DNA of 64,000 nucleotides from a virus. Taxonomy: Duplodnaviria; Caudoviricetes. Both the position numbers and the translations under genes were made by a program. Within the stretch, counting starts at the first letter, position 1. Every line of letters starts with the position of its first letter. Shown here piece after piece: positions 11,466-19,672 of this stretch. The stretch is from IMG/VR virus record IMGVR_UViG_3300049137_000091, positions 25,469 to 89,468 of that record. The stretch is one strand, 5' to 3'. The notes beneath the pieces were generated by a model, which was not told where the DNA came from, searched no databases, and saw nothing but the letters and a program-made list of their open reading frames with translations.

Positions 11466-12410
11466 ATGGAAGCCACGCTCGCAATCGCGGACATCGCCGC
11501 AGGCATCGAGGACGAATGGTGCTGGACCCCCGGCCTGGGCTGGCTGCGCTGGGACGGCGCGGTCTGGTGCCCGACCCGGGACCGCGACGCGCTGCGCGAC
11601 CGCATCAACCGGGACCTGGCCGCGCAGGGACACCGCCCGCTGACCATCGCACAACTCCGCGCGGAGACGGCCGCACTCCAGGAACACCTGCGCGTGGACG
11701 CGGACACGCTGGGCGCGTTCCCCGGACTGCTCAACGCGCGCAACGGAATTGTGGACCTGCGCACCGGCGAACTCCGGCCGCACGACCCGAACCGACGGAT
11801 GACCCGGATCACCGGTGTGGACTACGACCCCGACGCGACCTCCCCCGCGTGGGACCGGGTGCTCGCCGCCATCCCGGAGGCCGAGAGGGACAGGCTCCGA
11901 GTCCGTCTCGCCTGGGCGGTCGCCTGTGAACCCCTGGACTCAGTCGCCCTCGTCCACGGGCGCGGGCCGTGCGGGAAGACCACGTTCATGCGTGCCGTGT
12001 GCGACACACTCGGCAGCTACGCCTTCACAACCGGGGGCGGGCTGGACAACCTGCGGACTCCGGCCGAGCGCGTCGCCCTGATGGGCGCCCGCGTGCTCGT
12101 GATGGAGGACGTCGCTCCGAAGGACATGGCCAACGTGAAGCTGATGGCCGTCCAGGACCGACTCACCGTGCGCCAGCCGCAGGAAGACACGGCGCAGGCC
12201 CCGCGCACGCACAGCGTGTTCGCCGTGACCGCACACCGCCCGGCCGACCTGGCCGTGGACGAGGGGACCGAGCGTCACCTCCACCCCGTGGAGTTCCCGG
12301 CCCTTCCCAGTCCGGACCCGGCCGTCGGACGCGGCATGCGGGACGAGGGGGCGCTGCGGGCCGTGCTGCGCTGGATCGTGGACGGCGCCGTGCGCTACGC
12401 GGCGGCCTGA
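11466..12410 (+). CDS. divergent D5/P4-family primase-associated SF3 helicase (no primase domain)
   Basis: D5_N-like WCWTPGLGWLRWDGAVW, LNARNGIVDLRTGELRPHDP...TRIT, Walker A-like GRGPCGKTT. Confidence 0.65.
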   Translation: MEATLAIADIAAGIEDEWCWTPGLGWLRWDGAVWCPTRDRDALRDRINRDLAAQGHRPLTIAQLRAETAALQEHLRVDADTLGAFPGLLNARNGIVDLRTGELRPHDPNRRMTRITGVDYDPDATSPAWDRVLAAIPEAERDRLRVRLAWAVACEPLDSVALVHGRGPCGKTTFMRAVCDTLGSYAFTTGGGLDNLRTPAERVALMGARVLVMEDVAPKDMANVKLMAVQDRLTVRQPQEDTAQAPRTHSVFAVTAHRPADLAVDEGTERHLHPVEFPALPSPDPAVGRGMRDEGALRAVLRWIVDGAVRYAAA

Positions 12411-12524
12411 CCCGCGCACGACCCCGAAGCCTCGTCGGCCTGGAGCCGGCGGGGCTTCGTGCTGCCCGTTCGGCGATTCGCCGCATCCGCCCTACCCTGC
12501 CCGGGTCGATCCGGGAGGTTCCCC

Positions 12525-12887
12525 ATGGGCAAGGTCTTCGGCCGCGAACCGGCCGTCATCATGGGCGCGTTCAGTGCCCTCATCCAGTGCGTGGCCGCGT
12601 TCGGCTTCCAGGTGTCGCCGGAGGTGCAGGCGATCGTCACCGCCGTGGTGGCCGCCGCGCTCGGCCTGGTCGTCGCCGTGCGGGTGCACGACGGCCTGTT
12701 CCCCGCCGTGCTCGGTCTCGTGCAGGCGGGCACCGCGCTGGTCGCCTACTTCTGGCTGCACTGGGACGCCGAGACGCAGGCGCAGTGGCTCGCGGCCGTC
12801 GCCGTGATCCTCGGACTGTGGACGCGGGAGAAGGTCACCGCGCCGGTCCCGGCCACCGTCTCGCCGGCGGGCAAGCTGCTCGCCTGA
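12525..12887 (+). CDS. putative holin
   Basis: 120 aa, MGKVFGREPA, multiple hydrophobic segments; GGGAGG RBS. Confidence 0.65.
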   Translation: MGKVFGREPAVIMGAFSALIQCVAAFGFQVSPEVQAIVTAVVAAALGLVVAVRVHDGLFPAVLGLVQAGTALVAYFWLHWDAETQAQWLAAVAVILGLWTREKVTAPVPATVSPAGKLLA

Positions 12888-12944
12888 GCCCGGAACGTCC
12901 CGGCCCGGCCGCGCGTCCCACCCGGTGACGGGGCGCCCGGCCGC

Positions 12945-13433
12945 GTGGCCACCTCCACCCCGCCCGCGCAACACGGGCGCCCCGCCGTCTCACCCGGAGC
13001 TGCTGCCGTGCCCGTCTGGCTTCTCATCACCTGCATGATCCTCGCCTCGTACCGTGCCGCCCGGCTCGCGACGAAGGACACCTTCCCGCCCGTGCTGTGG
13101 CTGCGCGACCGTCTGTCCGGCGGCTGGCGCCCCCTCACCGAACCGGAGATGGAGGTGGAGGGCAGCATCCCGGACGGTGACGAACTCCTCAGCCATCCCA
13201 AGCTGGGCTCGATCACGAGTATCGACGGCACGCCGCACCGTTACGTGCGCAGGGTCAAGTGGTCGCCGTACTGGCTGGCCGAACTCATCTCGTGCCCGTG
13301 GTGCGTGTCCGGGTGGCTGTCCGCCGCCCTCACGGCCGGGGTTGCCCTCACGGTCGGCGTCCCGGCGCCGGTGCTGGTGTGGGGCGCCGTGTGGGCGGGC
13401 TCCGCGCTGCTGGCCTCGCGGGAGTGGGCGTAG
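12945..13433 (+). CDS. DUF1360-like membrane protein
   Basis: YRAARLATKDT...ELISCPWCVSGW plus transmembrane segments; start uncertain. Confidence 0.65.
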   Translation: MATSTPPAQHGRPAVSPGAAAVPVWLLITCMILASYRAARLATKDTFPPVLWLRDRLSGGWRPLTEPEMEVEGSIPDGDELLSHPKLGSITSIDGTPHRYVRRVKWSPYWLAELISCPWCVSGWLSAALTAGVALTVGVPAPVLVWGAVWAGSALLASREWA

Positions 13434-13479
13434 GCCCGTTTCGCCCCGTGCTGTCGGTCGGCGCCGCTACGCTCAGCCC

Positions 13480-14007
13480 ATGAACAAGGAATCTTCGAGC
13501 CCGGCCGGCACCCGGTGGGTGGAGGACGCGTCCCTGCCCGCCCCCGACGGACATGTCTGGGCCCGTCCCGTGCCGGACGACTGCCCGAATTGCCCGTGCC
13601 ACACCGCACGGGTCTGCCAGGGATTTGACTGGCACCGGGCCGAACGGCCGACACTCCCGGACGGCGAACCGTACACCGACCCGTGCCCGTGCGAGCAGGC
13701 CGCCCCGGCACCGGAGCAGCGGCAGGTCACGCTCACCATCGACGACGAGACCCGCACGGTGGCCGCCCTCTTCCACCACCACGGCTTGATGCGCGGCCGT
13801 CTTCAGACCGTCGGGTTTCCCTTCTGCGGGCAGACGACGGACGGCGCTCTCGTCGCCCGCTGCGGCATGGTCCTGAGCCCGGCCACCGACACCACTCCTG
13901 TGGAGATGCGCGCCCTGGACGATCAGGGACAGGCGTGGGTGCTGTCCTTTCAGGCGTCCGTCGCGGCCCGGCCGGCCCGTATCACCGGCTGGTGGGACCG
14001 GAATTGA
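13480..14007 (+). CDS. hypothetical Cys-containing protein
   Basis: 175 aa from ATG 13480; CPNCPCH...C...CPC. Confidence 0.5.
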   Translation: MNKESSSPAGTRWVEDASLPAPDGHVWARPVPDDCPNCPCHTARVCQGFDWHRAERPTLPDGEPYTDPCPCEQAAPAPEQRQVTLTIDDETRTVAALFHHHGLMRGRLQTVGFPFCGQTTDGALVARCGMVLSPATDTTPVEMRALDDQGQAWVLSFQASVAARPARITGWWDRN

Positions 14008-14116
14008 CAGGAGATGCCGACTCTGGGACTGACCGGGCAGGAGGTCGTCCCCGGCACCCTGTACGACGAAGGGCCGGTTCCCCGTGGGAGCCGGCCCTTC
14101 GTCATGTCGTTGTGGA

Positions 14117-14788
14117 TCACGCCGCCCTCGCCCTCATTGACGGGTGTCCGGCCGCCGCCGTGACCAGGCCGTGGCCCACCGACCGCAGGATGTCGGCGTA
14201 GTGCTCCCCGACGCCCAGGTCTGCGGACTTGAACCCGTCGGCGTCTTCGTTCAGCGACGCCAGGTCGTCCAGGGTGCAGTGAGCTGCGGCCATCGCGTGC
14301 GCGTCGGCCGCGCGGACCTGAAGGTCGTACTGCGGGAGGTCTTCGGTCTCCAGGCGTGCGGCGGCCAGCACGGACAGGACTGCGGCGATCAGGTCCCCGT
14401 GCCGCGCCCCGAGCGTCACCAGCACGTCCCGCCCCAGGCCGGGGAGATCCCCGTCGATCACCTTGCGGGCGAGTTCTGCGGTTGTCCGGGTGTGCGCGGC
14501 GGCGGCCTCCCCGAGCGCTACCGCTGCGGCCGGCAGGCTGACCGTGCCGAGGGTGTCCCGCAGGCCGTGCCAGCCGCAGACGACGCCGGCCAGGGCGAAG
14601 GCGGTGGCCGGGCCGGGCTCGTCCAGGTCCCCGAGCGGCGGCAGTGCGACGACGAACCCGCCGCTGCTGACGTCTCCGGCGTCCCGCAATGCGTCCTCGA
14701 CCCTCTCCAGCCAGTCCGCGTGTCCGGGGGTCAGATCGGGCAGGGTCTCGACCACGGGGGCCAGCCACGTAAGGGCGCGGTGTTCCAT
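14117..14788 (-). CDS. hypothetical protein
   Basis: 223-aa ORF with GAGGAA RBS. Confidence 0.55.
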   Translation of the reverse strand: MEHRALTWLAPVVETLPDLTPGHADWLERVEDALRDAGDVSSGGFVVALPPLGDLDEPGPATAFALAGVVCGWHGLRDTLGTVSLPAAAVALGEAAAAHTRTTAELARKVIDGDLPGLGRDVLVTLGARHGDLIAAVLSVLAAARLETEDLPQYDLQVRAADAHAMAAAHCTLDDLASLNEDADGFKSADLGVGEHYADILRSVGHGLVTAAAGHPSMRARAA

Positions 14789-15074
14789 GATTCCTCGGTC
14801 TCCTCGGGTGTTGGTTCCGCCGGGGCCGGTAAGGCGGCATCTTCGACGGTCAAGCAGCGGCGCCGGGCCGGCGTCAGCGCCGCCCCGGACAGGATGATCA
14901 GTCGGTACCCGGCGCGCAGCCGTTCACGGGATTCGAGATACAACCTTGTCCCCTATATACGCGTCCGCGCGAGGGCCGTTGGGCACTGGACGCTACCGCA
15001 CACAGTCTCGGCGTGTCTGCGCCACCCCGGAAGGCGCGCATGGCAGGCGCACGGGGCACCCGGCGCGCATGGCT

Positions 15075-15212
15075 GTTGTTCATCAAACGGGCGGTTGTCG
15101 GTGCCAGACGAACGCCGGCGGTCCGTCGGCGACCCGCCGGGGCCGCTTGTCCATCTGACCGTTCATCAACCTGATAGCGTTCACCTGCGATCCGAGGCGT
15201 TTGCTGAACATG
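15075..15212. promoter_or_regulatory. putative res site of the resolvase
   Basis: repeated half-sites GTTCATCAAACG (~15078), GTTCATCAAC (~15161) and inverted CGTTTGCTGAAC (~15198) in an AT-richer stretch just upstream of the resolvase. Confidence 0.5.
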
Positions 15213-15225
15213 GAGGCAGGAACCT

Positions 15226-15843
15226 ATGCCGCTTATCGGGCTGGTCCGCGTTTCTACGGACAAACAGAACACCCAGCGACAACACGATGCGCTCGGGCCA
15301 ATCTGCCTGAAGGTATTCGAGGAAAAGATCAGCGGCAAGCTGAAGGTGGAAGACCGGCCCGGCCTGTCGGCCGCGCTCGACTACCTGCGCGACGGCGACA
15401 TGCTCTGCGTGCACGAAGTGGACCGGCTCGGACGCAACCTGCTGGAAGGGCTGATCGTCCTCAACGAGCTCTTCGAGCGCGGCGTCCCGGTCAAGGTGCT
15501 GGAGGGCATTGCCGCCGGCGAGCACCGCGAGCGGTCGCTGATCCTCGACCTGGCGCTGGCGCTGGCGGAGGACCGGCGCCGGGACATCGTGCGCAAGACC
15601 CGCAGCGGCCTGGACGCGGCGCGCAAGCGCGGCCGGGTCGGCGGCCGGCGCCCGGTCATGTCGGAGGCCCTGGTGGTGCAGGCGATTGCCCTGCGGGCCG
15701 CCGGGATGACGCTGCGGCAGATCCGGCCGCACCTGGTCTACAAGACGGCAAGCGGTCAGTCCCGGAACCCGTCGCTGGGCGCCATCTCCCAGGCGCTCCA
15801 GGCGTACGACGCCGCCGCGCAGGAGCTGGCGGAGGCGCGCTGA
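15226..15843 (+). CDS. small serine recombinase (resolvase/invertase)
   Basis: IGLVRVSTDKQ catalytic Ser, DRLGRN, GRVGGRRP and C-terminal HTH; 205 aa. Confidence 0.92.
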   Translation: MPLIGLVRVSTDKQNTQRQHDALGPICLKVFEEKISGKLKVEDRPGLSAALDYLRDGDMLCVHEVDRLGRNLLEGLIVLNELFERGVPVKVLEGIAAGEHRERSLILDLALALAEDRRRDIVRKTRSGLDAARKRGRVGGRRPVMSEALVVQAIALRAAGMTLRQIRPHLVYKTASGQSRNPSLGAISQALQAYDAAAQELAEAR

Positions 15844-15850
15844 CCGGGGG

Positions 15851-15888
15851 TTGCGTGGTCCGGCCCTCCCATGGTTTAATTAATTCAT
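15851..15888 (+). promoter_or_regulatory. conserved phage promoter/operator, copy 3
   Basis: TTGCGT-N18-TTTAAT; ATGGTTTAATTAATTCAT. Confidence 0.8.
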
Positions 15889-15934
15889 CGGGACGGGGCA
15901 CCGGCCCGGCAGACCAAGGAATGGGGAACCGATC

Positions 15935-16201
15935 ATGACCGAGACCTTCCGCGTGACCATCGAGCGCCGGCACCCGAAGGGCGCCGTCATCGCCACCGGG
16001 ACCAGCGTCGTCCAGGCGGTCGACAAGGACGAGGCCGCCCGCGTCGCGGTCGCCAAAATCGTCGAGACGATGAAGGCGAGGAACGCCAAGCTCCACGCCT
16101 CCCGCGTCGCCGCCGGCACCACCTGGTCGGCCGCCTCCGAGGACCCGAAGGACTACGTGGTCAAGGGCGTCCGCCGCGCCGCCAAGCGCCGGACGGCCTG
16201 A
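15935..16201 (+). CDS. hypothetical protein
   Basis: 88 aa; leader GACCAAGGAATGGGGAACCGATCATG. Confidence 0.65.
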   Translation: MTETFRVTIERRHPKGAVIATGTSVVQAVDKDEAARVAVAKIVETMKARNAKLHASRVAAGTTWSAASEDPKDYVVKGVRRAAKRRTA

Positions 16202-16273
16202 CCCACGCAGACCCCCGCCCGGGGCCGGCCGGCCCCGGGCTTCGGACCTACCGACCAAGGAAAGAAGGAAGAC

Positions 16274-16696
16274 GTGCCCCGACAGATGACGGCCACCGAG
16301 CGCGCGGCCCGAGACGCGATGAAGCCTTACGTCCGTGCCCACCTGATCAGTCAGGCCACCGTCAACAGGACGATCCGCGACGGCCTCGCGCTGGTGGAGC
16401 GCACGGTACATGCCGAGTACACCGCTGACCAGACCTTCTACTACGCGGGGAAGATCGCAGCCGCGCGGGAGGCGTACGACGCGCAGGACAACCCGGTCGT
16501 CCGCATGATCCTGGGCGGCAAGCTGATGGCGGCCGAGATGTTCGCTGCCGTCTACGCCGTGGTGCGAGCCGAGCGCGGCGACACCGACCTGCCAATGGAG
16601 CAGGCCGTGGAGGCGATGACCGCCGTCCGCGACACCGTGCGGGAGATGCACGAGGAGACCGCAGCCCCTGCGCCGCCGGCGGCCGTTGCCGCCTGA
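16274..16696 (+). CDS. hypothetical protein
   Basis: 140 aa; leader CCGACCAAGGAAAGAAGGAA. Confidence 0.65.
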   Translation: MPRQMTATERAARDAMKPYVRAHLISQATVNRTIRDGLALVERTVHAEYTADQTFYYAGKIAAAREAYDAQDNPVVRMILGGKLMAAEMFAAVYAVVRAERGDTDLPMEQAVEAMTAVRDTVREMHEETAAPAPPAAVAA

Positions 16697-16754
16697 CCCC
16701 GAACGCGACGAAGCCCCGGACCGCGATGGTCCGGGGCTTCGTCGCGTTCGGGGT
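16696..16754. terminator. bidirectional terminator
   Basis: perfect 27-bp inverted repeat with a 5-nt loop filling the gap between convergent stop codons. Confidence 0.85.
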
Positions 16755-17129
16755 CTACGCCCAGAGCGCCGGGTCGGTGGGGCCGAAGGCGTCGGCGTAC
16801 AGCCGGTGCAGCTCGCCGCCGGGCGCCCACTCGTCCCGGCCGAGGATGAGCAGGTGCCCGGTGCGGTGGGCGACCCGGGACAGCTCCGGCATCTGCGCGA
16901 ACAGCAGCATGCCGCCCAGCTCAACGGCGGCCGGCGCGGGCAGGGCGGCAGCGGTCTCGCCGCGCTGCTCGGCGAGCGCCGCGCGGATGGCGAACACCCG
17001 GACGGCGTCGGCCATGGCGCCGGCGACGATGGGCATGTCCGGATCGGACAGCCACGCGTCGTGGATCTCCCAGGCGAGTACGGCGGCCGACTCGGCGGTG
17101 CTGCTGCTGGTCCGGGTGCTGCTGATCAT
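16755..17129 (-). CDS. hypothetical protein divergent from the XRE regulator
   Basis: 124 aa from ATG 17129, GGAGG RBS. Confidence 0.6.
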   Translation of the reverse strand: MISSTRTSSSTAESAAVLAWEIHDAWLSDPDMPIVAGAMADAVRVFAIRAALAEQRGETAAALPAPAAVELGGMLLFAQMPELSRVAHRTGHLLILGRDEWAPGGELHRLYADAFGPTDPALWA

Positions 17130-17162
17130 CGGGCCCTCCACAGGTCGTCTGAGACCAGACTG

Positions 17163-17216
17163 CCCGTCAGGCGGCGTCATAGGGGCGTCATTCGTAGGCG
17201 TCATTCCGGTGTCATT
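17163..17216. repeat. tandem GGCGTCAT direct repeats (operator array)
   Basis: GGCGTCAT at 17173, 17184 and 17197, plus GTGTCAT at ~17209, in the divergent intergenic region. Confidence 0.6.
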
Positions 17217-17243
17217 CTGTCGCCGGGCGGGTACGCCAGTGAC

Positions 17244-17978
17244 ATGACCGCCACCACACCGAATCTCGCCCTGCGCGCCGTGCGCGAGGGCATGCTGCTT
17301 TCCCAGGAGGAGCTGGCCCGCCGGCTCCAGAAAGCCGGGGCCCCGACCGCGTCCAAGCGCCTCGTGCAGCGCTGGGAGGCCGGGGACATCGCCTGCCCGC
17401 AGGCCGCGCACCTGCGCGTACTGGAGCAGGTCACCCGGCGTTCCGCCGCCGAACTCGGCTTCCGCGTCTCCGGGACGGAGGAGGACCGCCCGGCCGGGGA
17501 CGGGAAGCACGCTGTCGTCCGCCCGGCCGGGGCCGCGCCCACCGTCGCCGACAGCCTGTCCGGCGTCTGGCTGTCCCGCTACGAGTACCCGTCGTCCGGC
17601 CGGGGCGGGACGTTCGTCGGCCTGCACTACGTCGTCCTGCTCCAGCACGGGTCCCGGCTGACCGTGCAGTCCCTGCCGGACGCGTCGTCCAACCCGCACT
17701 CGCCACTGTCCATGGATCTGACCCTGGACGGCACCGTGGCCACCGGCACTTGGACCGAGCAGACGGCGAAGGACGGCTACTACAAGGGCGCCCGCTACCA
17801 CGGCGCCATCCAGATGATGCTGGATCCGACCGGCCGCCGGTTCGCCGGGCAGTGGGTCGGCTTCGGCAAGGACTTCTCGATGAACACAGGCCCGTGGACG
17901 CTGAGCTACCGCACCGCCAACCGGTCCCGGCAGTCCCTCGCGCATTTCCACCGCGCGCCCGAGCCGGACGAGGTGTGA
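17244..17978 (+). CDS. XRE-family HTH regulator with C-terminal beta-barrel domain
   Basis: LRAVREGMLLSQEELARRL...VQRWEAG; beta-rich C-terminus LSGVWLSRYEY...ATGTWTE...YHGAIQM...GQWVGF. Confidence 0.8.
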   Translation: MTATTPNLALRAVREGMLLSQEELARRLQKAGAPTASKRLVQRWEAGDIACPQAAHLRVLEQVTRRSAAELGFRVSGTEEDRPAGDGKHAVVRPAGAAPTVADSLSGVWLSRYEYPSSGRGGTFVGLHYVVLLQHGSRLTVQSLPDASSNPHSPLSMDLTLDGTVATGTWTEQTAKDGYYKGARYHGAIQMMLDPTGRRFAGQWVGFGKDFSMNTGPWTLSYRTANRSRQSLAHFHRAPEPDEV

Positions 17979-18064
17979 CCGAGAGCCGAGGAACAGGTAT
18001 GTCGGATCGTGCGCTAAATCGTCCAGCGGCCATAGCCGGTGCGGGAGACGATCGTTGACCAAGC

Positions 18065-18388
18065 ATGACCAGCACACAAGATGAACCGACGTACGAGTTC
18101 CGGATGTACGGTATCGAGGGCCCTCCTGCGGCAATGTGGCCGGCGCGTAGGGCAGGAATGGACGCCCTGGGAGCCATCGAGGGTTACCGGGAAAGCGGCG
18201 ATGAGCTGGGCGCACTCGGTCTGTGGTTCTGGCTTCGGAATCAGGCAGAGATGCGTCTGATGATGAGTATTGGCCGCCAACTGGGGGTTGGCACGTCTTG
18301 GTCGCAGATTGCCCAAACCCTCGGAATGGACGAGTCGGAAGCCCGGGAACGCTGGGGCGACATCAGTTCGGTCCCCACCAACCCGTAG
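18065..18388 (+). CDS. small HTH protein in a lower-GC patch
   Basis: GTSWSQIAQTLGMDESEARERW. Confidence 0.6.
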   Translation: MTSTQDEPTYEFRMYGIEGPPAAMWPARRAGMDALGAIEGYRESGDELGALGLWFWLRNQAEMRLMMSIGRQLGVGTSWSQIAQTLGMDESEARERWGDISSVPTNP

Positions 18389-18478
18389 CCGCAGTTCCCG
18401 TCAACCCGATGCCCCGGACCGTCCCCGGTTCGGGGCATCGTCGTGTCCGTTGTCGGTGGCCGCCGCTACGGTCGGCCC

Positions 18479-18742
18479 ATGAGCGAATCCACCCGCCGGC
18501 CGGCCCAGCCCGGCGAGCTGTGCACGTGCGGTCGTCCGGCCGTCGTCGTCTACACCGGAGGATCGTTCCCCGACGTCGGGGACTGCGGGATCGAGGGGGC
18601 GGCGTTCCGCCCGGTGCTGCCGTGCCCGTGGTGCCGCATAGACGCCGCGCACGTCACCGGCTGGGGCGACCCGGCCAAGTGCCCCAGCTACAGGCTGCGG
18701 GCGCCGGAGCAGCCGGGGGTTGCGCAGGCCGGTGAACGATGA
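18479..18742 (+). CDS. small Cys-rich protein
   Basis: 87 aa; CTCGRP...CPWC...CPSY. Confidence 0.55.
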   Translation: MSESTRRPAQPGELCTCGRPAVVVYTGGSFPDVGDCGIEGAAFRPVLPCPWCRIDAAHVTGWGDPAKCPSYRLRAPEQPGVAQAGER

Positions 18743-18756
18743 TTTAATCAATTCAT
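18720..18756 (+). promoter_or_regulatory. conserved phage promoter/operator, copy 4
   Basis: TTGCGC-N17-TTTAAT; ATGATTTAATCAATTCAT. Confidence 0.8.
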
Positions 18757-18783
18757 TGCAGCCGACCAAGGAACGAGGGCCTG

Positions 18784-19269
18784 ATGAGCCGCTTCGAGTT
18801 CGGACAGCGCTACCGCGACGCCGACGGGGACACATACATCGTGGCTGAAATCCTCGGCACCGGCCGCCACGCCCGTCTGCTGGGGGACTTCGACATCCTC
18901 GCTCACCCGGGCGCCTTCGAGCTGGACCTGGTTACGACCGAGCATCTGCGCGACCTGGTCCGTGTCGGGGACGACCCTCAGATGACGGAAATCTTGCGTG
19001 CCCGCATGGCGGACGAGACGGACCGGGCGAAGGCGTGGGGCAAGGTGCCGTCCAACGAGGTCCGGACCGTCTACAACGCAGCTCACGACGCGCGGATGAG
19101 CGAGCGGGACGTCTGCGCCGGGCGGGATGCAGACGGCATGCTCGCCGGCATCCGCGACCGCGCGCTGCGGAAGATCGCCAATATCGTCGGTGACGTGGAC
19201 GACGCTGCCGTCATCACCGGGTTCCCCCGGGAGGACATCGAGCGGGCCGTCACCCGGGCAGCGTCCTGA
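18784..19269 (+). CDS. hypothetical protein
   Basis: 161 aa; leader CCGACCAAGGAACGAGG. Confidence 0.65.
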   Translation: MSRFEFGQRYRDADGDTYIVAEILGTGRHARLLGDFDILAHPGAFELDLVTTEHLRDLVRVGDDPQMTEILRARMADETDRAKAWGKVPSNEVRTVYNAAHDARMSERDVCAGRDADGMLAGIRDRALRKIANIVGDVDDAAVITGFPREDIERAVTRAAS

Positions 19270-19672
19270 CCCGGCGCCGGCCGGAGGGGTGGGACTCCGT
19301 GGCCACGGAGCCTGGCTGATCCACCCGTCCGGCCGGCGCCGTCCACCGCAGCGATGTGCCGCCGCCCCATCCGGGCCCTGCAACACCCGGCACGCCCCCG
19401 TCACGTGCGGAGGCGCGTTCATGTGTACCGCGCATCTGTCGTCGGACCAACCGGGCCCGGAACGAGTAGGTGCGAACGGCGTTCCCCTGTACGGTTCCCC
19501 CGCACGCGATCTCCTCGGGTTGTGGGCAGCGAGAGGTGCGGTCCCGCCCGGCGGCTGGCGGGGCCGCACCTTTGTGTCTGCACCTGTCCGTCAGGGGCGT
19601 TCCTCGTCAAAGCGGTCAATCGGGAGATCGCGGCTACCATGCCGCCCCGACGATCCGACCCGGGGAGGCCGC

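Noticed and set aside
15226-15843. Integrase
   Set aside because: At 205 aa it lacks the large recombinase and Zn-ribbon domains of serine integrases.
19127-19672. Long N-terminal extension of the portal ORF
   Set aside because: It overlaps the upstream gene and a structured intergenic region; ATG 19673 has a strong GGGGAGG RBS.
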